A stretch of 64,000 bases of DNA from Octopus vulgaris (lineage: Eukaryota). Positions within the stretch are counted from its first letter, which is position 1; every line of letters begins with the position of its first letter. Of this stretch, positions 12,972-26,043 are shown one piece after another. The stretch lies in NCBI GenBank assembly GCA_951406725.2, contig OX597822.1, positions 104,470,001 through 104,534,000 on the forward strand. Direction: 5' to 3'. A program made the translations under genes and the position numbers. The notes below the pieces were generated by a model that saw only the letters and a program-made list of their open reading frames with translations, did not search any database and was not told the origin of the DNA.

Positions 12972-14994
12972 TATTAAATCTGATGTGCATTAGGGTTATG
13001 ACATCTCTTCTGGTTATATTTCTATGTAGCAATTACCGTTTCACAATCGTTTCATCTGCGCTGCTGAAGCCCATTTCGCTCGTTAACATATTGAGTATGG
13101 TTACCTGCATAAGAACTAAGAAATCCGTGTCACTAAAATTCATGAATAGAGAACACGAAAATAACCATTAATTGAAAATGGCAACGTAATAATCTTATTT
13201 AGCAGCAAACTTTGGATATACCTGTCGTGTCTTGAGGAAAGAACATCGCCCATGACCCTTGCAGGCCCTCAGAGAAAGGTCAGGTCAATGCTAGTAGGTC
13301 ACCTGCAAGATTACAGGATCAAGAAGATTCGTGAAAGCTAATGTTTTAGGAAGTAAAGATTGGGTTCCCTACTTTCTGAGTTCAAATACCATCGGCATCA
13401 AATTTATCTTTTGTCTGTCCGGAATCGATAAATTAATGCTTTGTTGGCCTTGTTCGCAAATTGGAAACCATTAACCCATATCTTGTGATCAAGAAGAAAA
13501 GGTATGTATTTCAAATAACGACTATTGAGGTTGAAACGTTGTTGTATTATTATCACTGTTTAGTTGGGGTGGAGGTGGATTTATTTGAGAGAGGTCAGCA
13601 TTTGATTTATAGTGAATAGTCCTCGAAATACATGCATTTGTCACTGATGGTCCCAAGCCAAATCGATGTAACCATAATCACCAATTAATATATATTTCTA
13701 CGATAAACTAAAAAAAATAAAAATAATAATGCTTCGCTTAAATGCATCAGTATCCATTTATATTTTAACAAATCCATTGGTTCTTGGAAACAAGGCTACA
13801 GAAGCCTTTATTGTAATTTATTTTCTAAGAATATTAACGACTATTTTGAAAAGAAACTGCTGAGAGTTTGTAACGGAAGCCATCCGCGGGGTTGATTAAC
13901 TGTATACACATCTTCCTGCTGTAAAGCGTTTAACTACTTTTAATAGATACAATGAGTGTCTTAATTATCACATTGGGATGCTTAAGTAACTGCCATTGAA
14001 TATATCCATTAATATAATTAGATATACCAACAGGGAAAAGAAATGTAGGTGACAAGCGTAAAGTACGCATTACATGAATACGCCTGACTCTACTGGTGGT
14101 GTTTAAGAGTCAGAAGACATTTCTATTTCATATAGCAACAGCGAGTCCTTTTGAAAACGGATGACCCCTGTTCAATGTAATTTGAAATGTAGAACAGTAA
14201 ATAGAATCTTGATTAGTTGGAAAGATGTTTAACTGTCATAATATTGACACTTATCAAACATCCGATGATATTAGCATTCCTAGTAAGATCCCAGCACTTC
14301 CTCCTTAGTCACCGTCTTAACAACTTGTTTACAGATGTTCGTAAGCGTTCAGCAACACCTCGAGTTGTCATTATACATTTCCATCAGTTTGATATTAATA
14401 CAGGAAGAGAATGAGAGAGAGAGAGAGAGAGAGAGAGCGGGAGAGAGAGAGAGAGAGCACAGAGAGACTGAAAGAAAAAAAAAAGAAATAGTTTGCGAGG
14501 AAACTCGGTTAAACCTAATTACAAGGATATATTACGGTCTTTTAATTAGAATCAGCCAGTTTTTCTTTCCTTCTCTCATCCAGTTCTCTCTTCTATTCCT
14601 GTGTGTATACGAAGCTCTTGTTGTGGTGTTGTTTTCATCAGCTGTATCAAGTTTCTCGAACATAGGGGGATGAAAATGCTGTTTTTCTGATTTCTTTTCT
14701 GTCAACATTAAAATGAAAAGGGACAGTAATTTCATTATACTATTTCACCACCACAATATCCTTAGTTTGAGTTTTTCAGTCGCGTTTGTAGAGTTGATTG
14801 AATAATTACCCTATATTACTCGTATCAAGTTTACTAATGCCACAAGAACGGAAAGTCTGAGGCAATAGTATCTTGACTAAAATTTTGCTGAGCAAAGCTG
14901 AATATAATAAAGTAATTAAAAGAATCGCAATCGTTTCTCTAAACTCAGCCTTCTTATATATTGCGATGCTAAGCTGCTTTCATAATATCAATTT

Positions 14995-15670
14995 CAAATT
15001 TTGGCACAAGGCCAGCAGTTTAGGGACAGAGTGTAAGTCGTTTATATCGATCTCAGTGCTAAACTGGTACTTATTTTATCGGCCCCGTAAGGATGAAAGG
15101 TAAAGTCTATCTCGGCTGAATTTCAACTCAGGACGGAGAGACGGAAAAGATGCTACTAAGCATTTTGCTTGGCGTCGTAACAATTCTACCAGATGGCCGC
15201 CTTTGTTGCTTTGATAATTCTATTGACTAATACTAATAAAGGCGGCGAGCTGGCAGAAACGTTAGCAGCCGGGCGAAGTGCTTAGCAGTATTTCGTCTGC
15301 CGCTACGTTCTGAGTTTAAATTCCGCCCAGGTCGAATTTGCCTTTCATCCTTTCGGGGTCGATAAATTAAGTACCAGTTACGCACTGGGGTCGATGTAAT
15401 CAAGTTAATCCGTTTGTCTGTCCTTGTTTGTCCCCTCTATGTTTAACCCCTTGTGGTAATAAAGAAATAAGAAACGTTAGAACGCCGGGCGAAATGCTTA
15501 GTGGTATTTCGTCTGTCTTTACGTTCCCAGTTCAAATCCGCCGAGGTCGACTTGCCTTTCATCCTTTCGGAGTCGATAAATTAAGTACCAGTTGCGTACT
15601 GGAGTCGATCTAATCGACTGCCCCTCATCCCCACAAAAAATGTCGAGCCTTGTGCCTAGAGTAGCAAAGA
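14995..15670. mobile_element. Cluster of SINE family B copies (one minus-strand diverged copy at ~14995-15202, two plus-strand copies at 15241-15670)
   Basis: Repeated GGCGGCGAGCTGGCAGAAACGTTAG / CCTTTCATCCTTTCGG.GTCGATAAATTAAGTACCAG motifs. Confidence 0.8.
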
Positions 15671-16019
15671 ATAATACTAATGGCTATAGAGTTCTTCGGG
15701 GATTATAAGTGACGGATTCGGTAAACACACATACACGCACGCAAACACACTCGCACGCACATACACACACACATACCCCACCACACACACACTAATTGAA
15801 GTTGAACTAAGACAAATTCTGTAAACAAGAAGTAAACAGAAGAGTTTACTATACTGAAACGAACCACTTGTAATATGTATGACAACAAAGTATTTAAAAT
15901 ATATTTCAGAACTGGCGGCATGTTGGTGGATTCGTTATTGCTCCAGAAATCATACTAAGAAGCATTAATCTTGGCTGTCTACGTTCTGAGTGCAAATTCT
16001 GCACTCGGATGACAATAAC

Positions 16020-16047
<28 letters not shown>

Positions 16048-16055
<8 letters not shown>

Positions 16056-16275
16056 CCAGGACTTACAATACATAACAAAAACACCAGGACTTACAAACAC
16101 ATATAACATACAGAAAATTGCACTACTAGGCACTGCACACATCCTACGCAGAACACTTTCCATACAATAACCATCAGAGCATCACAACAAATCACAGCAC
16201 ATACCCAAGGCACACAGAGCTGCGCTCAGTAGTGAAGTGAAAGCACGCTATAAAAATAAAAATAAAACTACTGAA
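16048..16275 (+). mobile_element. Extreme 3' end of an R4/Dong-like non-LTR element in (AAT)n
   Basis: Translates as ...ITKTPGLTNTYNIQKIALLGTAHILRRTLSIQ*, the QKxxLLGTxxILR C-terminus shared with the REL ORF at 17-18.7 kb. A short UTR follows, and (AAT)n lies on both sides. Confidence 0.8.
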
Positions 16276-16315
16276 TAACAATAATAATAATAATGATAAT
16301 GACAATAATAATAAC

Positions 16316-16815
16316 GGAAGTGTTATCATGTACATTGTTTTGTCTCGGTATGAAAGATGGGCTACAGCAAATATTCTGTTCAATACCATAGATTTGCTTG
16401 TCAGTTACTTGACCGTAAGCAGTTGAGCATGTCCCTTAGTGGCTGACGATATGTGCATCTCTGATCACGAGCAGAAGTAGTGGGGGAGCATCATAGCCGT
16501 GTGTTGAAAGGAATTCTTAGAGGTTTGGATAATTCACCTTTGGAAACAAGGATGGTTCGTTCAACATCCTTAAACAATCCTTATTCTAGGACCTTTTGAG
16601 CGGGATGGGTTACTTGACCAGAAGAAAATTTAAACTGGCCCCACCTGCAAGGTCATGTGCTGTTTAATTTGATATGAGGTCACCATGTCGCGCACATATG
16701 GTTGTGATGCATGTGCCTAGTGTACCCTTATCAGACAGGTGGCCATGATTGGTATACTGGGCTTCGTATATTTTAATCCAGTGTCACTTTGATGGCATGG
16801 AGTGCTCTCTCACTC
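16316..16815 (+). mobile_element. (AAT)n-targeted non-coding repeat (family D), 5'-truncated
   Basis: Homologous to 18917-19419, 30491-31037 and 61497-61698. Copies end ...CTCACTCA, in three cases followed directly by (AAT)n. Confidence 0.8.
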
Positions 16816-16834
16816 AATAATAATAATAATAATA

Positions 16835-16918
<84 letters not shown>

Positions 16919-16923
<5 letters not shown>

Positions 16924-18864
16924 CATCAACTGTGGAATTTTTCAAGGTGACTCACTATAAAAATCAACTGTGGAATTTTTCAAGGTGACTCACTATAAAC
17001 ATCAACTGTGGAATTTTTCAAGGTGACTCACTTTCACCTTTAATATTCTGCATAGCCCTAATACCCCTTACAAGTGAATTAAACAGAACAGGGTATGGGT
17101 ATAAAATTGCCAATAAAAAAATAAGCCATCTATTTTATATGGATGACTTAAAACTTTATGGTAAAGACAATGATGAACTTGAAGGCCTATTGCGCACCGT
17201 GAAAGCATTCAGCGATGACATCGGGATGGAGTTTGGACTTGAGAAGTGTGCCAAGGCCACTTTCCAGAAAGGGAAAGTGAAGACCACAAATTCAGTCGTG
17301 TTAGATGTTGACACAGTCATAAGAGAGCTTGTGCAAGAACAAACATACAAATATTTAGGGATAAATGAAGGCTCTGGTATTCAGCATGCAAGCATGAAAG
17401 AGAAAATCAGGAAGGAATGTTATAGGAGAGTTCGTGCAGTCCTGAAATCTGAACTAAATGCACGTAACAAGGTGTTAGCTATAAATTCCTTAGCAGTTCC
17501 AGTTGTTACTTATTGCTACAATGTGTTGAACTGGAATATGAGTGAAGTAAAGAATATAGATAGAAAAATACGCAAGCTGCTGAGTTGTAATAGGATGCAC
17601 CACCCAAAGGCTGACGTAGATCGCCTTTACCTTCCCAGAGCCCAAGGAGGTCGAGGCCTGATCCAATTTGAACTAGCTTACAAAACAACCACAATTGGAC
17701 TGGCCAAATATCTCGAAATATCGAATGACTGGATGCTAAAGCTCGTGGAAAATCACGAGAGACGAATGAAGCTTCATTCTATCATAAAGGAAAGCAAAAA
17801 ATTTGCTATTGATCTAGTGCAGGATACCCAAACTGAACAACCCGAGGGAAGTACGGCAACTATTGTTGCAAAGAAGGTGAAAATGATGGCAATGAAGAAA
17901 GCGCACAAGCAATTGGCTGATAGGTGGGAGGAGAAACCTCTGCACGGCAAATATGTGACCCGCAGCAAACAAGCTGATGTTGACCAGAAGCAAACCCATC
18001 AGTGGCTACGGAGCTCAGGGCTAAAAGCAGAGAGCAAAGGTTTCATCCTGGCTGCTCAAGATCAAAGCCTATTAACCCGGAACTACCAGGCCAATGTGAT
18101 GAAAAATGGAGCAGACCCAAAATGCCGATTCTGCAACGACATGATTGAAACAGTGGACCACCTAATCTCTGGATGTAAAGTCTTAGCACCAGTGGAGCAT
18201 AAATTAAGACATGACAGAGTTGGCCAATATCTACACTGGCTAATAAGTCGGCATTACAATATCAAAACTGCCGACAAGTGGTATAATCACCACCCTGAGG
18301 CTGTAACTGAAGGAGAAAATGTAACCATTCTGTGGGACTTTCCAGTACATACAGACCGAACTATCAAGGCCAATAAACCAGATATTGTTGTGAAAGACCA
18401 AAACAATAAAGTTTGCTTATTGATCGACATGAGCATCCCCTGTGATCATAATATCTCAGCGAAAGAGTTTGACAAGCTCAGAAAATATAAAGACCTACTC
18501 ATTGAAATTGAGAAAATGTGGCATCTCAAGGCGGTTACAATACCAGTGATCGTAGGAGCACTAGGAATGATCAAGAAGGGAACCGAAAATTATATGAGAA
18601 TGATCCCTGGCTTACCATCCCTGCAAGAAGTGCAAAAGATTGTCTTATTGGTACATCACACGTATTGAGAAGAGCATTGTCGATGTGAGAACTGTTGCTG
18701 CTCATGTATTTTAATTTAACTTAAAAAAAAAAAAAAAAAAGAAATGAACGAACTACTGAGTTTGGTTTAATGGCCTACCAATGTATACTATGAGTTTCTT
18801 TGCCCTAGGAGTCGGGAAGACACTCGGCAAGAAATGGAAGCAAATTTGAAAGAAGAAAAAAAAA

Positions 18865-18865
<1 letters not shown>
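16919..18865 (+). mobile_element. 5'-truncated R4/Dong-clade non-LTR retrotransposon (RT C-terminal half + CCHC zinc knuckle + REL endonuclease)
   Basis: Open frame from 16995 contains GIFQGDSLSP, LFYMDDLKLY (RT), YKYLG, CRFC..ETVDHLISGC (CCHC), RHD, KPDIVV..LIDMSIP (PD..D nuclease) and KLRKY. A 1-nt frameshift near 18648 separates the expected GTSHVLRRALSM* end. The element is embedded in (AAT)n on both sides, as known for Dong elements. Confidence 0.92.
16995..18688 (+). pseudogene. RT-REL polyprotein fragment of the R4/Dong element (~560 codons, N-terminally truncated, frameshifted at the C-terminus)
   Basis: ORF 17139-18668 in the track extends upstream in frame to 16995 without stops. 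Motifs are as listed for the element. Confidence 0.88.
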
Positions 18866-18916
<51 letters not shown>

Positions 18917-18917
<1 letters not shown>

Positions 18918-19419
18918 TGACCTGATGCAGTAATAGGCACCGGTCCTCATGGCTTTTGATCTTAACTAATTGGGTGTGTTATCATGTACATGATTTGTCT
19001 TAGTATAAAAGATGAGCTACAGCAAATATTCTGTTCAATACCATAGATCTGCTTGTCAGTTACTTCACCGTAACCAGTCGAGCATGTCCCATGGTGGTTG
19101 ACGATGTGTGCATCTGTGATCATGAGCAGAAGTAGTGGGGGAGCATTATAGCCATGTGCTGAGATGAATTCCTTGCAGTTTAAATAATTCACCTCTGGAA
19201 ACATGCTTTTTTTTTGTTCATCATCCTTAAACAAACCTTATTCAGGGACCTTTTGAGCGGGATGGGCTACTCAACCTGAAGAAAATTCAGACTGGGCTCC
19301 AGCTACACGGTCATGCGCTGTTTATCTTGATATGGGAATACCTTGTCATGCACATGTGATGCATGTGCCTGGTGTACACTTATCAAATGGGTAGTCATGA
19401 TGGGTATATAATCTCACTC
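18917..19419 (+). mobile_element. (AAT)n-targeted repeat family D
   Basis: Homologous to 30491-31037 and flanked by (AAT)n on both sides. Confidence 0.8.
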
Positions 19420-19467
<48 letters not shown>

Positions 19468-19950
19468 CAATATGACAAGCAGGACAAACAAATTCTGATT
19501 GTGTTTTTGGAAAAATTAAAGAAATGAAAAACGATAAAATAGTTCGCTGAAGCACATAATACGAAAATAATTTCATAGAAGATATGAGTCGGGGCTAGAT
19601 GGAGCTGACGGCATTCAGTCGAAAAAAATTATTTAACAAAATAAGTAAATAAATAAATAAATGAATTAATAAATGCTTGAGTAAAATTAATTATATTTGT
19701 ATGTTAAAGGGTCGCATAAGCTGTAAAGATGATTGCTGAAAGCATGGATGCGATCAAATTGAAAACAAAACATATACATACATATCTATATATGCACACA
19801 CACACACACACGCACACATACCTATATGTATGCATGTATGTATGCATATATTTAAGTATGTATGCATGTATGTGTATCTATCTATTTATGTATATGTGTA
19901 CGCATGTATGTATGTATGCATGTATGTATGTATGTATGTATGTATGTATG

Positions 19951-20013
<63 letters not shown>

Positions 20014-20181
20014 CGGGAAGCTTTATGAAAATAGACAAAAGACGAAGGCAGGTTTACGGAAATAAACAAAAGACATATATATAGATACATACATAGATAG
20101 ATAGATATACCATATATATATGTATATCATGTATATATATATATCATGTATATATATATCATATATATATATATATCATAT

Positions 20182-20231
<50 letters not shown>

Positions 20232-20242
20232 GCACACGCACG

Positions 20243-20317
<75 letters not shown>

Positions 20318-21004
20318 GTTTGCACGATTCGTGTGAAAGTGATAAATATAAAGTTGCATTCAAATGTTCTGACGAGCGGATCACGCGATTAGAAAAAGTG
20401 CGTAGGAAATTTTATTTGCGTGAGTGGAAGGAAAAATTAAAATCTATTGATGTAAAATGGGCTGAAATTGTAATCAAGGTATAATGACAATAAAACATGC
20501 TAAAAAAAAACAGATAAATATATAGAAACATATTTTTCCCTGTATGCTTGTACTGGGATAGTATAAGCCTTAATGGCATCTCCAGTAACTATATAAATAA
20601 TTACGCCGATTCATATATAATATAAATTAGGCCAATACATGCTCCCAGTTTGATATACAATTTCTCACGCGCACGAACAGGCACACGCATATGAGTGTGT
20701 GTGTGTGTGTGTGTGTGTGTGTATTGTTTAACTCTTTTACTTTGTTTCAGTCATTTAACTGTGGCCATGCTGGAGCACCACCTTTAGTCGAGCAAATGGA
20801 CCCCAGGACTTATTCTTTGTAAGCCTAGTACTTATTCTATCGGTAATTGATGTCTGATTGAATGGTTAATGCTCACGCTCACAATACATAGACATTTGAA
20901 TTATTTTTTACAATCCAGCCGTCCTTGCAAACGGAATTTCGTCTATTTCTACACAATGACCCAGAAGTGACTTTACGTATAAGGGAACTGCTATTACGTA
21001 TCTA

Positions 21005-21283
21005 AACATTTTTTCACGCTGAGAGTTGCTGAAGCATGGAACAAACTGCCGGCATCAGTTGTTAGTTGTCGGAGCACTGCATCCTTCAAAACTTCCATGC
21101 TTTCTGAGATTCGCCAACACTACACCTGATTTTCTCCCCTCCATACACACACAGGAATGTATCTGACTCATACATTGTTCGCTTTCCAGACATTTTTACA
21201 TTACTGCATGTACTTTATATGCACTTTCTGACAAGTTGTGGTGCACCTGAGCACTGTATACAATAATTTCATTATTATTATTA
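21005..21283 (+). mobile_element. CR1-like LINE 3' end
   Basis: Translates as HFFTLRVAEAWNKLPASVVSCRSTASFK... (FFxxRVxxxWNxLP, typical of CR1-group ORF2 C-termini). A UTR ending in (ATT)n follows. Confidence 0.75.
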
Positions 21284-21584
21284 TATAAATCAGAAAAAAA
21301 TACATATACAAGTCGAAACAATTTGTTGGCCTTTACGGTTTCTTAATAGTTGTTTATGCTATGCAATATTATCTTATGTTATATTATATTCATAGTATTT
21401 CATGTAATATTGTAATATAAATAAATTATTGAATTTTCAATAGTATATCTCTATATTTAATTTATCTTCATAATTGAATTATAGCAATATTTGTATGGTA
21501 TCCAACTGACATACCACTGAATTGGATGTTAAACACACCATTTTGAAGTATTTCTTTTCCTTAGTTTGTTACTTTATAGATAAT

Positions 21585-21830
21585 CTTTTTCTAGTTTCAG
21601 CTCAGGAACTGCGACCATACTGGAGCACTGCTGTAAACTTTGTTACACTTTACTATTTGAAACCTATTCAGATATGTGGCATTTGGTGCAAAAGTAGTTT
21701 GATTTTGCTATCCAGATTTGCGTTTCCTTCCGTGAGGTAGGGTCATCCGGAAATTTTATAGAAGGTATTTTTGTATTTATATATAAAGTAGATGCCTGGA
21801 TAACTAACAGCAGATCTCTTCACTAAGTTG
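21585..21830 (-). mobile_element. Diverged 3' end of the same CR1-like family as 22551-23800
   Basis: Aligns to 22552-22720 (CTAGTTTCAGCTCAG..GCG.CCAT.CTG..GCAC, ATATGTGGCA.TTGGTG, CCGTGAGGTAGG.TCATC). Confidence 0.7.
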
Positions 21831-22438
21831 GGTCGTGTTATCTACGTACACAGCAAGAATGCTAAGTGCAAACATTTCTGCACATAATTTGATATTCACC
21901 AGATATTGTTTGCGTGTGTCAATTAGATCAACCTAACAAGGTGCCTCAATTTAAGTACTAAATTTAACCGAATCTTAATTATATTTTATATATATATATA
22001 CATCACCGCGATCACCGTGACTGATCAGGCCATCAGATGTTGCTATACATCGCTGGTCACAATGCGCTTCGCCTTGTTTTAGCCTTCAAATGACGCCACC
22101 CTGCTGGCTAAGCGGGCAGGCCAATATATATATATATATATATATATATTTGTATATATATATATATGTAAAACTCGACTCCGTCGGTCACGAATGACTA
22201 TGGGTGCACCTGAGAGGTTCCCATCCGGGGTACATGTCTGCGCAGAAAGTCTCCTCACTGGCGAGTGCACAACCTAGGATTCTTTTTATGGACGACCGGC
22301 AGTTGTCCATGTATACCGGCTTTCCTTTTCCAGGCCACCGATGTTATCCAAGGGAGAGGCAAAGGCCGATACAGCTTGGCGCCAGTGACTTCACAACTTA
22401 TTTCTACAGTTGAGTGAACTGGAGTAACGAAAAATAAA

Positions 22439-22533
<95 letters not shown>

Positions 22534-22550
22534 TATACATATATATATAT

Positions 22551-23800
22551 ATTTTCTAGTTTCAGCTCAGAGCTGCGGCCATGCTGATGCACCGCCGTTT
22601 TGTGCTACACTGTTATTACGAAGAACCTCGTCTAATATGTGGCACTTGGTGAAGAATGGAGTTTGATATAGCTACTCTCATTTGCACCTCTTGCCGTGAG
22701 GTAGGTTCATCTGGGACTCTCGACAGGAAGATGTCCAGCTTTGATTTAAAAACCACTACATCTACTTTGTGCAAGTTCCTCAGACTTTTTGGGAGAATAT
22801 TAAAAATCTGTGGGCCCTTGAAACCCAGGCTGTTGCAGAAGCTGGTCCTGAAGCGTGATGGCATTGCTGGCATCTTTGGCACTATACAGTGTCGTCCCGT
22901 TCTAGCATTGGTGTAGCTTACAATGCCAAAATTTGGCACAATTCCTTCCAGGATCTTCCAGACATATATTACTGCGTACCTCTCCAGTCTTCTCTCCAGG
23001 GAGTAGAGTCTTAGCTGTTTCAACCTTTCCCAGTAGCTGACCTGTTGCAAAGAGACGATCTTCTTTGTGAATCTTCTCTGGATTGCTTCAAGGTCCGCTG
23101 TTAATTTTACACTGGTGGGTGACCATAGGTGTGAGCAGTAATCCAGGCGGCGGCTGAGGACGAATGTCCGCCAGAGGACCATCATGGTTTCCTTATCAGT
23201 GGTTCTGAATGTTCTTAGGATCCATCCAGCCAGTCGTCTGCACTTTGTCGCCATCCTGGTAATGTGCACTTGGAAAGCGGTATCATCACTCATGTCGATA
23301 CCCAGGTACCCCACATACTTAAGCTCTGGGATTGAAATTCCCTGTGGACCGGTGTATGCTGTAAGTTTAATATTCAGCTTTGGATGCTGGTAGCGCAGGG
23401 CCTGGAATTTTTCAGCATTAAACTGCATATTATTATCCTCAGCCCATCTGTAGATTGAGTCCAACTCCTGCTGCAGGTGTGCAACATCGCTGGGGTTCTG
23501 TATTTTCTGCGAGACTGTCGTATCGTCTGCATAGTTTGCCAGAGCGGCTATCCGGGCATTTCAGGGTATATCTGAGAGGGCCACTATAAAAAGCAGTGGT
23601 CCCAAGACAGTGTCCTGTAGAACACCGCTCACTATTTGTGTGTTCATAGAGGTGGTTCCATTAACCACTACTGCCTGACTCCTATCTTTCAGGAAGTCAT
23701 GTAACCACACTCCAAGTTTTCCAGCTATGCCGAGGTCACGCAGTTTGTGGCATATCATAACATGATCCACCTTGTCCAAAGCTTTTGCAAAATCATACAT
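22551..23800 (-). mobile_element. 5'-truncated CR1-group LINE (RT C-terminal half + 3' UTR)
   Basis: One reading frame of ~395 codons with a single in-frame stop at ~23561. Motifs: DFAKALDKVDH, SGVLQDTVLGPLLF, YADDT, MQFNAEKFQ, LEAIQRRFTK, YWERLKQLRLYSLERR. A short 3' UTR with a hairpin follows, then (TA)n. Confidence 0.9.
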
Positions 23801-23829
23801 ATATGTATGTATGCATGTATGTATTTATA

Positions 23830-24405
23830 CAGGAGTTGGACAAAATAATAGAAACATCCAGCATCATAGCATCATAATTTTGAAATATCTATAAAACCGT
23901 CAAAAGCTTATTTATATTTATGTTTTTTTTTATTTATTATTAGTGTTGCTTAATATGTTTTGCTGAAATAGCTGTTTCTTTTCAGGTATCATCAGAAGAA
24001 AATTATTAAAATGCATTCAAATGACACATCTAACGGATATTCAAAGAGGTCAATTGTTGGTGCTTCTATGGCAGGCGCTAGCGTAATGAAAACAGCCGAA
24101 ATGTTTGGTGTATCAAGATGTACCGTCTCGAAAGTTATGACGGACTTTGAGAGAGACAGAAAAACCTCCTCGTCGAGACAAAACTTCGGAAGACAACCAA
24201 AACTTTCAGATAGGGTCCGTCGGACTCTTACGTGAATTTTTAGAAAGGTTCACAAAAGTACAGCTCCCAAAATTACTGCAGTACTTAATGCCCACCTCGA
24301 GAACCCAATTTCCACAAAAACTGTTCGCTCGGAGCTGCACAAAGCCGGATTTCATGAGAATGCTGCAATCAGGAAACCACTACTTTCAAAAACGAACGTT
24401 GCATA
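23830..24405 (+). mobile_element. Tc1-family transposon 5' fragment (TIR + HTH domains)
   Basis: TA|CAGGAGTTGGACAAAATAAT terminus. Frame reads IVGASMAGASVMKTAEMFGVSRCTVSKV..GRQPKLSDR..STKTVRSELHKAGF..AIRKPLLSK (Tc1 paired-like HTH, GRPR-like linker and homeo-like HTH) with stops. Confidence 0.85.
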
Positions 24406-24426
24406 TTTCATAGCATTTTTCCGATG

Positions 24427-24496
24427 GCCAGATAACTGAAGAGATGGCGGCGTGGATCTCCACCTCAGCATCCGAAACTCGGAGTTTTATCATGGC
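24427..24496 (+). ncRNA. Type I hammerhead ribozyme motif in a module (24405-24590) next to (TA)n
   Basis: GCCAGAUAA-CUGAAGA-GAUG...CAUC(C)-GAAA-CUC-G-GAG-UU-UUAUC(A)UGGC gives a canonical core, a 9-bp stem I with one bulge and a minimal stem III. The module is homologous to 52464-52705. Confidence 0.65.
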
Positions 24497-24615
24497 TACC
24501 GAATAATTGTCACATATTACATTTACAGATAAATTCCTCTATTTACATAATATCGAGGTCTCTTTATTTCTTTTGTTTTCTTACCATTTATATATATATA
24601 TATACGTAGATAGAG

Positions 24616-24681
<66 letters not shown>

Positions 24682-25221
24682 GTATACATAGTGTAACATA
24701 GTCCAATGGTGGTCTGCTGTTGGGCAGGTCCCGTGCATGTGAACTTTCTTAAGCATTCTCTATGTTACCTGGGAGGGATCACATCCCTCTTCCCGTTGCC
24801 ACCGTTAATTAATTTACTAAGACTTCGGTTACCAAGACTAGACTTGAGATGAATCCCGGAGGAGGTTACTGTTGACTTCTCCAAGAAGGTCAGGTATATA
24901 TATTGTATCCTATGTCATGAGTGCTATATCATCTCTATACGTTGGAAAATCTTCCGTTATCATTGCCCAAACGATGCTGGCATCAATTTTATTGAGCATC
25001 CAATGTTTAGCCCCTGTGCCATATATCTACAAATTTTGGTACAAGGCCAACAGGTTTTGGGGTAGAGGTAAGGTGACATACGTACATATATAAATATAAA
25101 TTTATAAATATTAAAGATATATAAGAAATAGCCAGCTTAAATACTGCTAACAACAATATATATTTTTTTTTGTACTTGTTTCAGTCATTTGACTGCGGCC
25201 ATGCTGGAGCACCGACTTTAG

Positions 25222-25388
25222 AGTGGTGAAAGAGTACAGCAGGGATCACCACCATCCCCTGCCGGAGCCTCGTGGAGCTTTTATGTGTTTTCGCTCAATA
25301 AACACACACAACGCCCGGTCTGGGAATCGAAACCGCAATCCTCTGACCGCAAGTCCGCTGCCCTAACCACTGGGCCATTGTGCCTCCA
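25222..25388 (-). mobile_element. SINE family A 5' half, joined to a family C tail (25170-25221)
   Basis: Family A head and partial body, directly abutting CTTGTTTCAGTCATTTGACTGCGGCCATGCTGGAGCACC. Confidence 0.8.
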
Positions 25389-26043
25389 ATATAGTAATGA
25401 AAATTAACTAAAGTATGGCCTAGGAAGTTTAGGGCATTGATAATACTCTGAATACACCAGCATGTTCTTTTCACTTGCTGAAAGAATATAGGATCCATTT
25501 CATCCATTGGTTTATGAGAGAAAAATCTCCACAACAACGCAGAGGAAAAAAGACAGACGAGAAAAAACAAAATTTATAAAATTAAAAACAAATGATGGAT
25601 GGAGATTCTACAGAAGAAATACTATTTTTGTTTACAGACGACATGATCCAGATCTTTGTCGCCTTACGTAGTATTAGTGACAAATTGCAATACATCCCCT
25701 TAGCAATTGATCCGACATGATTTAATGATCCGTTAGCGTCTTGAAGGATTTTGTGCACCAACTAGCAGCACCTCCAGAGAGTCATGAACATCTAGAAAAG
25801 CGCTATATTCTTCAACGTTTTTTCTACCACCTTCTGTGATTCGACTTTTCAACGAAGGAAATAAAACGCCAAAAATGTACAGTCTAAATTCTATCCAAAA
25901 TCATCGTGAGTTCTACTTCCTGAAATCTAAAGAAAATTACTGGAAATTGGTTATATTCCTGAATATTTTCTACCTCTATCTCTCATTCTAGTTTCGAAGG
26001 AGAGGAAATAAAATCCATTTAAAAACTCAGTCTAAGTTCAGTC

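Noticed and set aside
16919-17032. 38-bp direct repeats suggestive of a CRISPR array
   Set aside because: There are no spacers, the repeats encode the RT GIFQGDS motif, and the context is eukaryotic.
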